From: an uncultured Desulfurococcaceae archaeon
GTDB lineage: Archaea; Thermoproteota; Thermoprotei_A; Sulfolobales; NBVN01
Direction: 5' to 3'
DNA: 59,048 nt
Assembly: GCA_964404265.1 (NCBI GenBank)
Contig: CAYOJG010000001.1
Location: forward strand, 59,112-118,159
In this document: positions 45,640-55,930 of the stretch, piece by piece
Layout: each line of letters starts with the position of its first letter
How positions within the stretch are numbered: position 1 is the stretch's first letter
Translations under genes and position numbers: made by a program
The notes under the pieces: generated by a model
What the model was told of the DNA's origin: nothing
Seen by the model: only the letters and a program-made list of their open reading frames with translations
Database searches by the model: none

Positions 45640-45975
45640 TTATAACCTGCGCAACTTAATCAGGCCTAAACCCTCAGCCATCTCTAGAACCCATCCACTA
45701 AGCTCTTTCGCTATTTCCTCAGCAGGATCACATGTGCATCCACCCCACGCCTCCTTAATTGCCTCCTCAGCAGCTTCCTTATTGATGATGGGCCTGTACT
45801 CCCTTTCAAGGGTCTCAAGCAGTTCTTCAAGCGATTTCCTCCCTTCCTTAACCATTCCATTAACTCTTTCTAGAAGCTCCGCGCTGGGAAGTATTCTATC
45901 TCTCTCGTCGTCAGGAACGATAGCCAGATAAATAAGGAGAGGCCTGTAATCTCTAATTATTTTTCCCGTAGCCAT
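45640..45975 (-). CDS. hypothetical protein
   Basis: 111-aa ORF; no motif recognised. Confidence 0.4.
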   Translation of the reverse strand: MATGKIIRDYRPLLIYLAIVPDDERDRILPSAELLERVNGMVKEGRKSLEELLETLEREYRPIINKEAAEEAIKEAWGGCTCDPAEEIAKELSGWVLEMAEGLGLIKLRRL

Positions 45976-46045
45976 TAATGGCTTATCTATAACTCAAACC
46001 CGAATTATATATGTTTATGTTAAGATAAATTATTTGGGGTTGAGG

Positions 46046-46939
46046 ATGAAGGCACTCGTATGGGACCATGACCTATTCATTGATGATGTTCAAATCCCTC
46101 CTATACCTGAAGGATGGGTATTAGGAAGAACTCTCTCTGCGTCACTATCCTCTATAGATAGATCCATAATTTCCGGTCTACATCCTGGAACACCCAGAAG
46201 GGTGCTCGGTTCCTATGGGGTTGTAAGGGTTCTGGAGGTTGGGATACATGCAGAGGCTGAGCAGGGGAAGATCTATGGCGTAGTGCCGTACTGCCAAGAT
46301 AAGGTGATTCCCCTACACATCGACGGACTGATGAGTGAGTACTCCTCTATTCCTTCCAAATGCCTAAGAAGTATACCTAGTGATGCAGACCTAGGCATAG
46401 CTCCACTAGGACTGGAAGTATCTTTCCTGAACCATCTGAAGGAAGTGGTTGCGGATACAGAAAAAGTTCTTATGATCGGATGCGGTTTCCAAGGATACAT
46501 CATTAGCAGCTATTTATCATCAATAACTGACCTAATAGTTAGCTGTCCCGACGCTGAGAAGGCATTAATGAAGGAAATAAGCGGGTTAGGAGTCAAGGTC
46601 TTAAGCATAGATAAAGTACTAAACGAAAAGTTCGATGCCGTAATATTCAATTCAACCAGCACATACTACTCAATAAAGGCGCCGAGACTTCTTAAGGATG
46701 GAGGAGTGCTGTATCTCACACCCTTATTGCCGACTTATGTAACTACACTCACACAAATACCTGGATCCTTCAAGGTGGTCTGGGGAAAGCACACATTAAT
46801 CCGCCAAGGAATGGAGGCAGTATCTAAATTACCTAAGCACCTGATGAACCGCTATGTTAGAGTTACTGATGAACTTGAGGAGGTTCCTCAACTAATTAGG
46901 CATTTCCCTAGAGTTATTTATGTTTCCAGTAAAAAGTGA
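46046..46939 (+). CDS. medium-chain dehydrogenase/reductase-like protein
   Basis: GroES-like N-terminus (MKALVW...GVVRVLEVG) and a Rossmann-like MIGCGFQG. ATG at 46046 is preceded by GAGG. Confidence 0.45.
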   Translation: MKALVWDHDLFIDDVQIPPIPEGWVLGRTLSASLSSIDRSIISGLHPGTPRRVLGSYGVVRVLEVGIHAEAEQGKIYGVVPYCQDKVIPLHIDGLMSEYSSIPSKCLRSIPSDADLGIAPLGLEVSFLNHLKEVVADTEKVLMIGCGFQGYIISSYLSSITDLIVSCPDAEKALMKEISGLGVKVLSIDKVLNEKFDAVIFNSTSTYYSIKAPRLLKDGGVLYLTPLLPTYVTTLTQIPGSFKVVWGKHTLIRQGMEAVSKLPKHLMNRYVRVTDELEEVPQLIRHFPRVIYVSSKK

Positions 46940-46941
46940 AG

Positions 46942-48138
46942 CTACTCTCCCTTGAAAAAGCTCAGGGGAGTTATCTTAGTAGGTTTCTCCTTTATCTTCT
47001 CTTTAACTAAGTCAGCAATGATTCTAACTCCTTCCCTGATTTCCTCAGGTGACGGATAACTGAAGTTGAGGCGCATAGTGTTCCATCCCATACCATTCGC
47101 GAAGAAGGATGCTCCAGGAACATAGGCGACACCCGCATCTATTGCTTCCATCAACATTTTCTTCGTGTCTATGTCGTAACTGGGTAGGAAAACCATAACG
47201 AAAAGCCCTCCAACAGGTCTAGGCCACCAAGCCTCTTTACACATGTAGGTGTCTAAAGCCTCAATCATTGCATCCCTCTTAGCCCTGTAAAGAATCTTGG
47301 CCTTATTTATTGTTTCATCAACTACCCCACGCCTAATTGCCTCCAATGCAATGAATTGCGTGAGCGTAGGTGTGTGGAGATCTGCTGTCTGCTTAGCTCT
47401 CTCCATGAAGTCAACTATATGCTTATTGGCCACAACCCAACCTATTCTCAGGCCGGGGGAAAGGATCTTGCTGAAGGTACTCATATAGATTACTCTGCCT
47501 TCCTTATCTAAGGTCTTAAGAGGAGTTACATCAACACCTTCATCATAGATGAAGTAGGAGTAGGGATCGTCCTCAACAATTATTAGGTCGTACTCTGAAG
47601 CCAGCTCAAGCAGCTCTTTCTTCCTCTCCAAACTCATCGTAACTCCTGCAGGATTATGGGCTACAGGGATCGTGTATATAAACTTAATTTTCCTTCCCAG
47701 CCATTTAAGCCTCTTCAGCTCCTCCCTCAGAATATCGGTCTTCATACCGTCTTCGTCTATGGGGATGGCCGTTATGCTGGGTTTAGAGAGCCTGAAAGCA
47801 TTCAGAGCTGCAAGATACGTCGGTAGCTCAACAATTATCTCGTCATCCTTCTGAAGGAGAATTCTTGACATTAGGTCCAGAGCCTGCTGCGACCCTGTAG
47901 TTACTATGATGTCATCATCACTGTTTATTCTGACCCCTTTCTTCTCAAGAAACTTAAGAAGTTCCTCACGGAACTCCGTCACACCTATGGTTGGGGAGTA
48001 CTGGAGGGCCTTATCACCGCTCTCCTTAATTACATCGTACGCTATCTGAGCAAGTTCCTCCTTAGGGAAAACCTTAGGATCCGGCAGCCCGCCTGCAAGA
48101 CTAATTATCTTTCTCCCTTCAGTCAACTTCAGGAGCAT
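46942..48138 (-). CDS. class I/II PLP-dependent aminotransferase
   Basis: STFSKILSPGLRIGW (PLP-lysine block) and NPAG; 398 aa. Confidence 0.8.
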   Translation of the reverse strand: MLLKLTEGRKIISLAGGLPDPKVFPKEELAQIAYDVIKESGDKALQYSPTIGVTEFREELLKFLEKKGVRINSDDDIIVTTGSQQALDLMSRILLQKDDEIIVELPTYLAALNAFRLSKPSITAIPIDEDGMKTDILREELKRLKWLGRKIKFIYTIPVAHNPAGVTMSLERKKELLELASEYDLIIVEDDPYSYFIYDEGVDVTPLKTLDKEGRVIYMSTFSKILSPGLRIGWVVANKHIVDFMERAKQTADLHTPTLTQFIALEAIRRGVVDETINKAKILYRAKRDAMIEALDTYMCKEAWWPRPVGGLFVMVFLPSYDIDTKKMLMEAIDAGVAYVPGASFFANGMGWNTMRLNFSYPSPEEIREGVRIIADLVKEKIKEKPTKITPLSFFKGE

Positions 48139-48269
48139 GCGAACCTCCGAAGCCCTAAATAGGTCCGCTCGATCTGCTAGAAGCCTTTCATATTTAACCG
48201 TAAGCTACACCCAAATATAAAGAGCTCAAAAGATTTTTAAATATTAAGAAAATTGTTTTAATTAAGCCC

Positions 48270-48674
48270 TCACTTCTTTAAAACAGGTATGAATTTAAGC
48301 CCATAATATATTAGGCCGTAGGGGTTATCGCTACTTAATCTCCTTAAGACAGCCTCAACCTCAATACCTTCCTCAATCTCGGAGGGTTCAACATCTACAA
48401 TCTCTCCCGGAACCTTCACGCCCTCCTCCAGCTCTATTAGCCCTATAATCCTAGGCATAGACTCCTCCTCACCCTCACGCCTGAAGTAAGTCACGGTATA
48501 GCTTACCACTCTGCCGCGGCCTCTGGAAGTGTATGTTTCCACATCTCTTGAGCCGCAGAATGGGCAGACCTCCCTACCAGGGAAGGAAACCCTTCCGCAC
48601 TTTCTGCACCTCGTCAACTTAATGAAGTAGTATGAATCTTTCTTCCTCCAGAACTGTGATATAGAGTGCTTCAT
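48270..48674 (-). CDS. DUF35 Zn-ribbon/OB-fold protein (scaffold of the thiolase/HMG-CoA synthase complex)
   Basis: CRKCG...CPFCG zinc ribbon plus OB-fold. The ATG at 48674 overlaps the thiolase stop (TAATG). Confidence 0.75.
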   Translation of the reverse strand: MKHSISQFWRKKDSYYFIKLTRCRKCGRVSFPGREVCPFCGSRDVETYTSRGRGRVVSYTVTYFRREGEEESMPRIIGLIELEEGVKVPGEIVDVEPSEIEEGIEVEAVLRRLSSDNPYGLIYYGLKFIPVLKK

Positions 48675-49807
48675 TATTTCCACCTCTTTAAAAGAATCAG
48701 GTAGGCTGAGAGGTCTGGACCAGTCATTGAGTGAACTAGGGAGTATTCTCCATCATACTTCAGCCCATTGAAACCTGAAGTCATAAGCTCATAGTTTTCA
48801 GCCACTGCATACAGTGGGGTGGCTCCTACAGGATGGCCTCTGGCCTTCAGCCCGCCTCCCACGTTAAGGAAAGGCATTTCATCAAGGGATTTGAGGAGCT
48901 TTCCAGCCTCACCAATCCCTAAGGCCTCTAAAGCTAATAAACCGTAAATACTGTAGGCGTCATGTACCTGAATAGCAGTATTCTCGTCTATAGTGATTCC
49001 GGTCCTCGAACTCAGCTCTCTCCACGCATTAGAGGTTGCTTCAAAGAATGTCAGGTCCTCCCTGAGGTAGAGGGGATGCCCAACCGCTTGGGTAATCTCC
49101 TTAACCTCCACAGGCTCTGCGGAAGCCCTCTTCAATCCCTCCTCATCTGAAAGAATTATTGATGCTGCACCGTCCCCCAAGGGGAAGGCATCGTAGAGAG
49201 TTAAAGGCTCCGATATCACGACACCGCTTAAAGCCTTCTCACGCGTTATCTTGAAGGGTAGCTGAGCAAACGGGTTGGTGGAGGCTTTCTCATGCATATT
49301 AACTGACCATGCTGCAATATCCTCCTTAGATATGCTTCTCCTCTTCATAAACTCTCTCATAATTATGGCTGCATATGACGGGGGAGTGATATTTCTCACT
49401 ACCTCATACTCGAAATCAAGAAGTGTGGAGTAGGCATAGTTTGCTTTATCGGAAGGGTACTCCGTAAGCTTCTCGAAACCCACTACCGCTACGTACCTAG
49501 CCCTTCCTGCCTCCAGAAGGGATTTAGCTACCTCTAAGGCAGCGCTCCCAGAAGCCTCACCATACTCAACCCTTAACGCCTTAAGATCTTTGAGCCCAAG
49601 CTCCTGAGCAAGGATTCTTGCAGGGTCTGACTGATTCATTAAGATCTGTGGGAAAGCAGTTGACACTATCAAATAGTCTAGATCGTTCCCGCTCACACCG
49701 CTTTTCTCCATGGCTTTAGAAAGGGATTCCATGGCCAACTCCTTAAACCCTTTACTGAAGTGCCGACCGATCTTAGTCATTCCCGAACCTATAATAAACA
49801 CGGACAT
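48674..49807 (-). CDS. acetyl-CoA C-acetyltransferase (archaeal thiolase)
   Basis: Thiolase-like fold (MSVFIIGSGMTKIG...). The ATG at 49807 is preceded by GGTGAGGAA. Sits between the HMGCS and DUF35 genes. Confidence 0.8.
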   Translation of the reverse strand: MSVFIIGSGMTKIGRHFSKGFKELAMESLSKAMEKSGVSGNDLDYLIVSTAFPQILMNQSDPARILAQELGLKDLKALRVEYGEASGSAALEVAKSLLEAGRARYVAVVGFEKLTEYPSDKANYAYSTLLDFEYEVVRNITPPSYAAIIMREFMKRRSISKEDIAAWSVNMHEKASTNPFAQLPFKITREKALSGVVISEPLTLYDAFPLGDGAASIILSDEEGLKRASAEPVEVKEITQAVGHPLYLREDLTFFEATSNAWRELSSRTGITIDENTAIQVHDAYSIYGLLALEALGIGEAGKLLKSLDEMPFLNVGGGLKARGHPVGATPLYAVAENYELMTSGFNGLKYDGEYSLVHSMTGPDLSAYLILLKRWK

Positions 49808-49811
49808 TTCC

Positions 49812-50876
49812 TCACCCCACATTCCTATGTATTATTCTCCTGTTCTTCGCGTACCTACCGTAGGTTATGTAACGTTTCCTTTTCAGAAGCTCCTCAACCT
49901 TAGGAGCTAGCTCCGCCTTACCCTCTATCCTGTCGGTAACTATGAAGCTCATGGCATCGCTACCGGCTCCGCTCCCGAAGGGGGCCACAAGAATTCTTTC
50001 ACCCGGCTTTGCTGAGTCCAAAACCTTAGCAAACCCGATCAATGCGGAAGCATTATAGGTGTTCCCTATCCATGGAGTGACTATCCCTGGTAATATTTTC
50101 TCTTTAGGGAAGCCCAACCTCTTCCCCACGGAAAGCGGGAATTTTCCATTAGGCTGGTGGAAGATTGCGTAGTCAAAGTCACTCGGTTTAAGATCCAGCT
50201 CCTCCATCAACATTCTTACTGCTGTCATGATGTGGTGGAAGTATGCAGGCTCACCAGTGAATCCCTCACCATGCATGGGATATCTCGACCCCTCCCTCCT
50301 CCAGAAATCAGGTGTGTCAGTGACGTAAGTTACGGCTCCTTCAAACCTTGCTACCGATTCCTCAGCACTGCCTAGAATGAAGGCTGCAGCTCCAGAGGAC
50401 GCTGTGAATTCAAGCACATCACCTGGGTTTGCTTGAGCAGTATCTGAACCTATTGCTAGCCCGTATTTTATAGTTCTGCTCGCGACTAGAGCCGTAGCTA
50501 GCCTTAATCCTTCACTACCCGCCCTGCAAGCGAACTCCATATCGGTACTGAGTTTCCTACTTGAAGCACCTATAGCCTCAGCGATTATGGTTGCTGAAGG
50601 TTTAACTGCATATGGCTTAGACTCCGTCCCCACAAAGACCGCTTCAATTAATCCAGGATCTATCCCTGCCCTAGCTAGAGCAGATCTGGCAGCATACCAC
50701 CCCATAGTTACAGTGTCCTCATCCTCTCGAGCAACAGCCTTCTCCTCAATCCATATACCCTTAGGAACCTGGGGAGGAAAACCCCATAAAAGAGCTATGT
50801 CATCAGCCTTAAGCCTGTCCCTCGGGATGTAGGCCCCCCAACCTATAATGCCTACCTTCTCTTCAGGCCTTCCCAT
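49812..50876 (-). CDS. hydroxymethylglutaryl-CoA synthase
   Basis: 354 aa. The N-terminus [12 protein letters not shown] and condensing-enzyme blocks are typical of archaeal HMGCS. Operon with the thiolase and DUF35 genes. Confidence 0.8.
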   Translation of the reverse strand: MGRPEEKVGIIGWGAYIPRDRLKADDIALLWGFPPQVPKGIWIEEKAVAREDEDTVTMGWYAARSALARAGIDPGLIEAVFVGTESKPYAVKPSATIIAEAIGASSRKLSTDMEFACRAGSEGLRLATALVASRTIKYGLAIGSDTAQANPGDVLEFTASSGAAAFILGSAEESVARFEGAVTYVTDTPDFWRREGSRYPMHGEGFTGEPAYFHHIMTAVRMLMEELDLKPSDFDYAIFHQPNGKFPLSVGKRLGFPKEKILPGIVTPWIGNTYNASALIGFAKVLDSAKPGERILVAPFGSGAGSDAMSFIVTDRIEGKAELAPKVEELLKRKRYITYGRYAKNRRIIHRNVG

Positions 50877-50940
50877 AAATCATACCTTAAACTAACTTGA
50901 AAAAGTTCCTTTTATTGCTTTATGAATAAAGAAAGAAACA

Positions 50941-51999
50941 TCAGTGTTTAGCATGCAACCAGCAGGCCACGTAATGATCAGGCTTAACCTCTATTAGTGG
51001 AGGCTCCTTCCGCTTACAAACATCCATCGCGTATAGGCATCTCGGATGGAATCTGCATCCGGGAGGAATCTCAGCCGCGCTCGGAACCTCACCCTTAATA
51101 GGTACGTTCCTAGTCTTTAGCCTGTTGCTTGGATCAGGTTCTGGAACAGCCGCCAGCAATGCCTTAGTATAGGGATGCTGGGGGTCATTAATCACTACAT
51201 CACTAGGCCCCATCTCAACAATCTTACCGAGATACATAACAGCTATCCTTGTGCAGAGGTAGCTAGCGACAGCCAAATCATGAGTGATGAAGAGATAAGC
51301 AAGATTCCTTGAGGCCTGCAAGTCAAGCATAAGCTGAAGAATCTCGGCCCTGATAGAGACGTCAAGCATGCTCACAGGCTCGTCAGCCACAACAAGCGTA
51401 GGTCTCAGAATCATTGCTCTAGCGAAAGCAACCCTCTGTCTCTGACCTCCTGAAAGCATGTGCGGGTATCTATCCATGAACTCTTCGGGAGGTATCAGCT
51501 TAACTTCTGATAGGGCCCTATAGATTATTTCCCTCCTCTCCTCCTCAGTGCTGCCGAAGCCGTGAACAACTAGAGGCTCCTTAAGAATGTCGTACACCCT
51601 CATCCTCGGGTTTAGGGAACCGAATGGGTCTTGGAATACTATCTGGATCTCTCTCCTCAGAAGCTTCGATATCTTCTTAGGGAGCTTCTGGGCTAGATCC
51701 ACATACCCGTCCTTATCCATAAGTTCCTTAGGTATTTTGGCTGCGACCTCTGCCGAAGGCTTGTAAAGCATGCTCCCTCCAGTAGGTTCAATTAGCCTAG
51801 TTATTAAACGGCCGGTAGTAGTCTTACCGCATCCAGACTCTCCCACAAGACAGAAAACCTCTCCAAGCCTGATATCGAAGTCAACACCGTCGACAGCCCT
51901 GACATATCTCCTAGGCTTGAAGGTGAAGATTTCTTTAAGGCTTCGTCTCAAAGGAAAATATTTCTGAAGACCCCTGACCTTAAGAACTACCTCACTCAT
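50941..51999 (-). CDS. oligopeptide/dipeptide ABC transporter ATP-binding protein (OppF/DppF-like)
   Basis: Walker [18 protein letters not shown], Walker [12 protein letters not shown], and the C-terminal oligopeptide-type extension with Cys residues. Confidence 0.85.
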   Translation of the reverse strand: MSEVVLKVRGLQKYFPLRRSLKEIFTFKPRRYVRAVDGVDFDIRLGEVFCLVGESGCGKTTTGRLITRLIEPTGGSMLYKPSAEVAAKIPKELMDKDGYVDLAQKLPKKISKLLRREIQIVFQDPFGSLNPRMRVYDILKEPLVVHGFGSTEEERREIIYRALSEVKLIPPEEFMDRYPHMLSGGQRQRVAFARAMILRPTLVVADEPVSMLDVSIRAEILQLMLDLQASRNLAYLFITHDLAVASYLCTRIAVMYLGKIVEMGPSDVVINDPQHPYTKALLAAVPEPDPSNRLKTRNVPIKGEVPSAAEIPPGCRFHPRCLYAMDVCKRKEPPLIEVKPDHYVACWLHAKH

Positions 52000-52958
52000 T
52001 TCTTCTCACCCATTAGGTGGCATGCAACGAAATGCTGGGGCTCCACCTCAATTAGGGTTGGTTCAATCTTCCTGCACTTATCCATAGCGTACGGGCATCT
52101 TGGGTAGAATCTGCATCCGGGCGGCGGCCTAACGAGGTCTGGAGGTACTCCAGGTATCCAAGAAATCTTCTCCTTCGACCTTATCCTTGGAATAGATTTG
52201 AGAAGTCCCTGAGTGTAGGGATGCTGTGGATTGAGGAATATCTGCTCCGACGTCCCTATCTCAACAATCTTTCCTGCATACATGATAGCTACCTTATCAG
52301 CGATCTCGGCAATCAGGCTTAAGTCGTGAGTAATGAATATCATGGCCACCTTATACTTCTCTTTAATCTGCTTGAAGAGATTCATGATCTGTGCCTGAAC
52401 AATCACGTCGAGAGCTGTTGTGGGCTCGTCGGCAATCACAAGCTTCGGGTTGAGAAGCAGGGCCATAGCAATAACTACTCTCTGCTTCTGGCCACCGGAA
52501 AGCTCATGAGGATACCTCCTCATAATAGTTGCGTCCAGACCTACAGCCTCAAGAAGTTTAGCCACCTGCTCTCTCGCCTCGTTCTTCGCGAGTCCAGCAT
52601 GAATCATTAGGGGCTCAGTCAGCTGGTTCTCTATTGAATATACTGGGTTAAGAGCGTTCATAGCTCCCTGAAATATCATGCTTATTTTCTTCCACCTGAC
52701 CTTCTTCCTCAGCTCATCCTCAGAAAGCTTAGTAATCTCTATTCCATCAAGATTTATTGTTCCGCCAGCAATCTTTCCAGGCGACGGAACCAAACCCATT
52801 AATGCCCACGCAAGCGTGGACTTACCGCATCCAGACTCTCCGGCAATACCCAGAACCTCCCCTTCCTCCAAAGTGAAGGAAACATCATCTACCGCTTTAA
52901 CCACTCCTCTAAGGGTGTAGTAATAGGTTTTCAGGTTCTTTACTTCTAGTACAGGCAT
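51996..52958 (-). CDS. oligopeptide/dipeptide ABC transporter ATP-binding protein (OppD/DppD-like)
   Basis: Walker A GESGCGKST, LSGGQKQR, VIADEPTTALD. Confidence 0.85.
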   Translation of the reverse strand: MPVLEVKNLKTYYYTLRGVVKAVDDVSFTLEEGEVLGIAGESGCGKSTLAWALMGLVPSPGKIAGGTINLDGIEITKLSEDELRKKVRWKKISMIFQGAMNALNPVYSIENQLTEPLMIHAGLAKNEAREQVAKLLEAVGLDATIMRRYPHELSGGQKQRVVIAMALLLNPKLVIADEPTTALDVIVQAQIMNLFKQIKEKYKVAMIFITHDLSLIAEIADKVAIMYAGKIVEIGTSEQIFLNPQHPYTQGLLKSIPRIRSKEKISWIPGVPPDLVRPPPGCRFYPRCPYAMDKCRKIEPTLIEVEPQHFVACHLMGEKK

Positions 52959-52968
52959 CTCTCACACC

Positions 52969-54678
52969 TCACCTGATCAGCCTCGGGTTAAGTATTCTGT
53001 CCAGCGCGTAGCCAATAAACACGAAAGTCATTCCTACTATAGCTATCCCTATTCCTGGAGGAACTACCCACCACCAGGCACCGTTCAGGACAGCACCAGC
53101 TGCCTGAGCGTCATGAAGTATTTTACCCCAAGTCACTACCGCTGGGTCTCCTAGGCCTAGGAAGCTAAGCCCTGCCTCAGAAAGAATTGCTCCGGGAACG
53201 GATAGAGCTATCGAAGCGAATGTGTAGGGTAGCACCTGCGGGAACACATGCCTAAGTATAATTCTCCTAGAGCTCGCACCGATGGCCCTAGCAGCCTCAA
53301 CGTATAGATTCTCCTTAATCTGCAGAACCATGCTCCTAACAGTGAACACCATACCTACCCAAGAGAAGACCACCAATATCCAGACGATGTTCCATATGCT
53401 CTGACCGAAGAAGTAGGCAAGTATAATCAGCAGAGGTAGAACAGGGAGTGAATACATAATCTGCGCGAATCTAAGCATTATTATGTCTGTCCATCCGCCC
53501 ATATACCCGGAGATAACTCCGTAGATTACTCCTATCAAGGTGCTGAGGACAGACACCACTACACCTATTATGAGCGCCCATCTAAGACCGTAAAGCATTG
53601 CAGACCATAGGTCACGGCCCTGATTATCAGTTCCTAATGCCCCATAGACCCCTAGAACCTTTGCCCTCAGGATTTTGAATTCTCCGATCGGGAAGCCCTC
53701 GGGAACTCTTATCAGCACCCTGGTCTTCAATATATAGGTTCCTTTAAGCAGTGGAGCCTCACCAGTCGTTATACCCTCCACAGCTTGAGACATGATGAAG
53801 TTTGTGGGGTTTATGTAGGTGCCAGGAGAATAGCTCTCACCAGCTGCCTCCAGAAGAGGCCCCAACACCTTATTGATTATGTCGGGGTTGCCTGTGTTCA
53901 GAAGGCCACCCATATACTCCCTTACTGAGAATCTCCAGTGGTCAGGCGTAGCTATATATTTCACATATGTTCCTTCCTCAGTGGTGTTGGAGTAGGACGG
54001 TATCTTAAGCAGGTTCAGGAGATCCGGGTTTGTTAGGTCAGCATACTGATTAATGTCCCATACGTTGCTCATGTTAGGGTTAGATCCTGGGGTAAAGGTT
54101 AGGACTATGCCGTCAGGCCTATGCCACTCAATACTTATTCCTTGAGGCATTCCTTCCTTAATCATTATAGGCCCGAGATCGCTCAGCATAATTATGTCGT
54201 CCGGGGCAGTGTTGGCTGTTAATGTGTACTCAAGATCGTTCTCAATATACAATATGTACCTGAATCCTAGACCTTTCCTAATGCTGTCCAGAAGCTGTTT
54301 CTGCTGGTCTTCAGGAAGCTGCTTAATGGCTTCAGCAGCTCCCGGCTGAATCGCTTCCAGGTACTTCAACATATCCTCGTCCTTATTCAGGTCTAGGAGG
54401 GTGTAATTGGCCCTAGATACTGTTAAGTTAGTGGTTTCAGGCAGTGTGTTGCCGACGAACCAATTAACCCACTCCGGTGGAGCCAGCTTCGGCAACATTT
54501 TCGCGTCCCAGTACTCTCCATGACCGCTCCAGTTCTCTATGTCTTGAGGATTGGCTAGAAGTGGGAACGCTAGAGCCAACCCTATCAAGATTATGAGAAG
54601 TATGAATCCGAATAATCCAGACTTTACCCTCTTCAATTCACCTAAGAACCACCTAACCTTCTCCCAATCTATCCTCAT
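52969..54678 (-). CDS. ABC transporter permease (OppC/DppC-like) with a ~300-aa extracytoplasmic insertion
   Basis: A TM segment near residue 25, a long soluble segment, then the conserved permease core in the C-terminal ~220 aa; 569 aa. Confidence 0.75.
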   Translation of the reverse strand: MRIDWEKVRWFLGELKRVKSGLFGFILLIILIGLALAFPLLANPQDIENWSGHGEYWDAKMLPKLAPPEWVNWFVGNTLPETTNLTVSRANYTLLDLNKDEDMLKYLEAIQPGAAEAIKQLPEDQQKQLLDSIRKGLGFRYILYIENDLEYTLTANTAPDDIIMLSDLGPIMIKEGMPQGISIEWHRPDGIVLTFTPGSNPNMSNVWDINQYADLTNPDLLNLLKIPSYSNTTEEGTYVKYIATPDHWRFSVREYMGGLLNTGNPDIINKVLGPLLEAAGESYSPGTYINPTNFIMSQAVEGITTGEAPLLKGTYILKTRVLIRVPEGFPIGEFKILRAKVLGVYGALGTDNQGRDLWSAMLYGLRWALIIGVVVSVLSTLIGVIYGVISGYMGGWTDIIMLRFAQIMYSLPVLPLLIILAYFFGQSIWNIVWILVVFSWVGMVFTVRSMVLQIKENLYVEAARAIGASSRRIILRHVFPQVLPYTFASIALSVPGAILSEAGLSFLGLGDPAVVTWGKILHDAQAAGAVLNGAWWWVVPPGIGIAIVGMTFVFIGYALDRILNPRLIR

Positions 54679-54680
54679 GT

Positions 54681-55793
54681 TTACCTCCCTCCACCAACAG
54701 TGCCTGTCCTAACTCTCGGGTCTAGAAGCGCATAGATGAAGTCTAGGAGGACAATCACGGCCACAAATAGGAAGGCAGTCATGTATGTGACGGCTATGAG
54801 TACACCTGTGTCACCGTTCTGTAGAGCAACCCAGTAGGTCCTTCCCATTCCAGGCCAGGAGAACACTGTCTCCGTAATTATGGCTCCACCTAGAGAACCA
54901 ACTATGCTGAGGGCGCTCATTGTGACGATCGGAGGGCTGGCGGCTCTTAACACGTGCTTATATAGCACTGATCTTTCGGGAACTCCTTTAGCCCTAGCAA
55001 CCATTACGAAGTCCTCAGTCATTGTCGAAATCACTACGTTCCTGATTATGTATGACCAGCCTCCGAAGCTTACGAGAACTATGGTAAGTACAGGGAGCCA
55101 GAGGTACTTCAACCAAATAGGTATTGAGTAGATCACGTAGAGGAAGCCTGAATACTGCTGAGCCAAGGCGGCAAGCTCCGCATATATATCTATCGAAGCG
55201 AACGGTGCCCACCCCAGCTCGAAAGCAAATAATAGAAGCATTAACATACCCACCCACCACATGGGCAGTGAGGCAGAAATCATAGCAATTGTTGACACTG
55301 TTCTATCCATTAAACCTCCGGCTCTTTTAGCTGCTTGGAGGCCAAGAAATATACCTATAGCGATCACTATCAGTGTCGAAGTAGTGAAGAGTATGATGGT
55401 GTTGGGCAGAGCTGCAAGAATTACATCTGTTGCTGTGTTGCCCTTAGCACCTGCATAGTGCGCCCTAGCATGGAACATGTCGAAGTTAAGTGTCAGTGAC
55501 CAAACAGCGTAACGAAGCACCCTAACGGGTTTTGGATCCAGTAGTCCTAGGTCACGGTAGATTGTGTAATTCATTCTCTCAACCATTTCGTCAGTTACAA
55601 CTACTCCTCTACGCTCTAACGCACGGATTTTCTGTTGAAGAAGTTCTTGAGCATAGCCCCTCAGCTGCCTATCTCCCTGCTCGACGAATATGAAGGAAAT
55701 CACAAACGACACTATTATTAGAACTATCAACGCGTTAGCAACAGCCTTGGCCACTGTAACCCCAAGTCCAGCCAAGTAAAACCCCTTGAACAT
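54681..55793 (-). CDS. ABC transporter permease (OppB/DppB-like)
   Basis: 370-aa polytopic protein, adjacent to and co-oriented with the OppC/D/F-like genes. Confidence 0.75.
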   Translation of the reverse strand: MFKGFYLAGLGVTVAKAVANALIVLIIVSFVISFIFVEQGDRQLRGYAQELLQQKIRALERRGVVVTDEMVERMNYTIYRDLGLLDPKPVRVLRYAVWSLTLNFDMFHARAHYAGAKGNTATDVILAALPNTIILFTTSTLIVIAIGIFLGLQAAKRAGGLMDRTVSTIAMISASLPMWWVGMLMLLLFAFELGWAPFASIDIYAELAALAQQYSGFLYVIYSIPIWLKYLWLPVLTIVLVSFGGWSYIIRNVVISTMTEDFVMVARAKGVPERSVLYKHVLRAASPPIVTMSALSIVGSLGGAIITETVFSWPGMGRTYWVALQNGDTGVLIAVTYMTAFLFVAVIVLLDFIYALLDPRVRTGTVGGGR

Positions 55794-55930
55794 TTAAGGG
55801 AGTGAGCTTTTAAGCTTATTTCATTTTAAACCATTAATCAATTGCAACGAATTTTTTCTACAGTTAGAAAAATAATAAGTTCCGTTAAATAATAAACATC
55901 AAAAAATTAATTCTTTATTATTTAAAAAGA

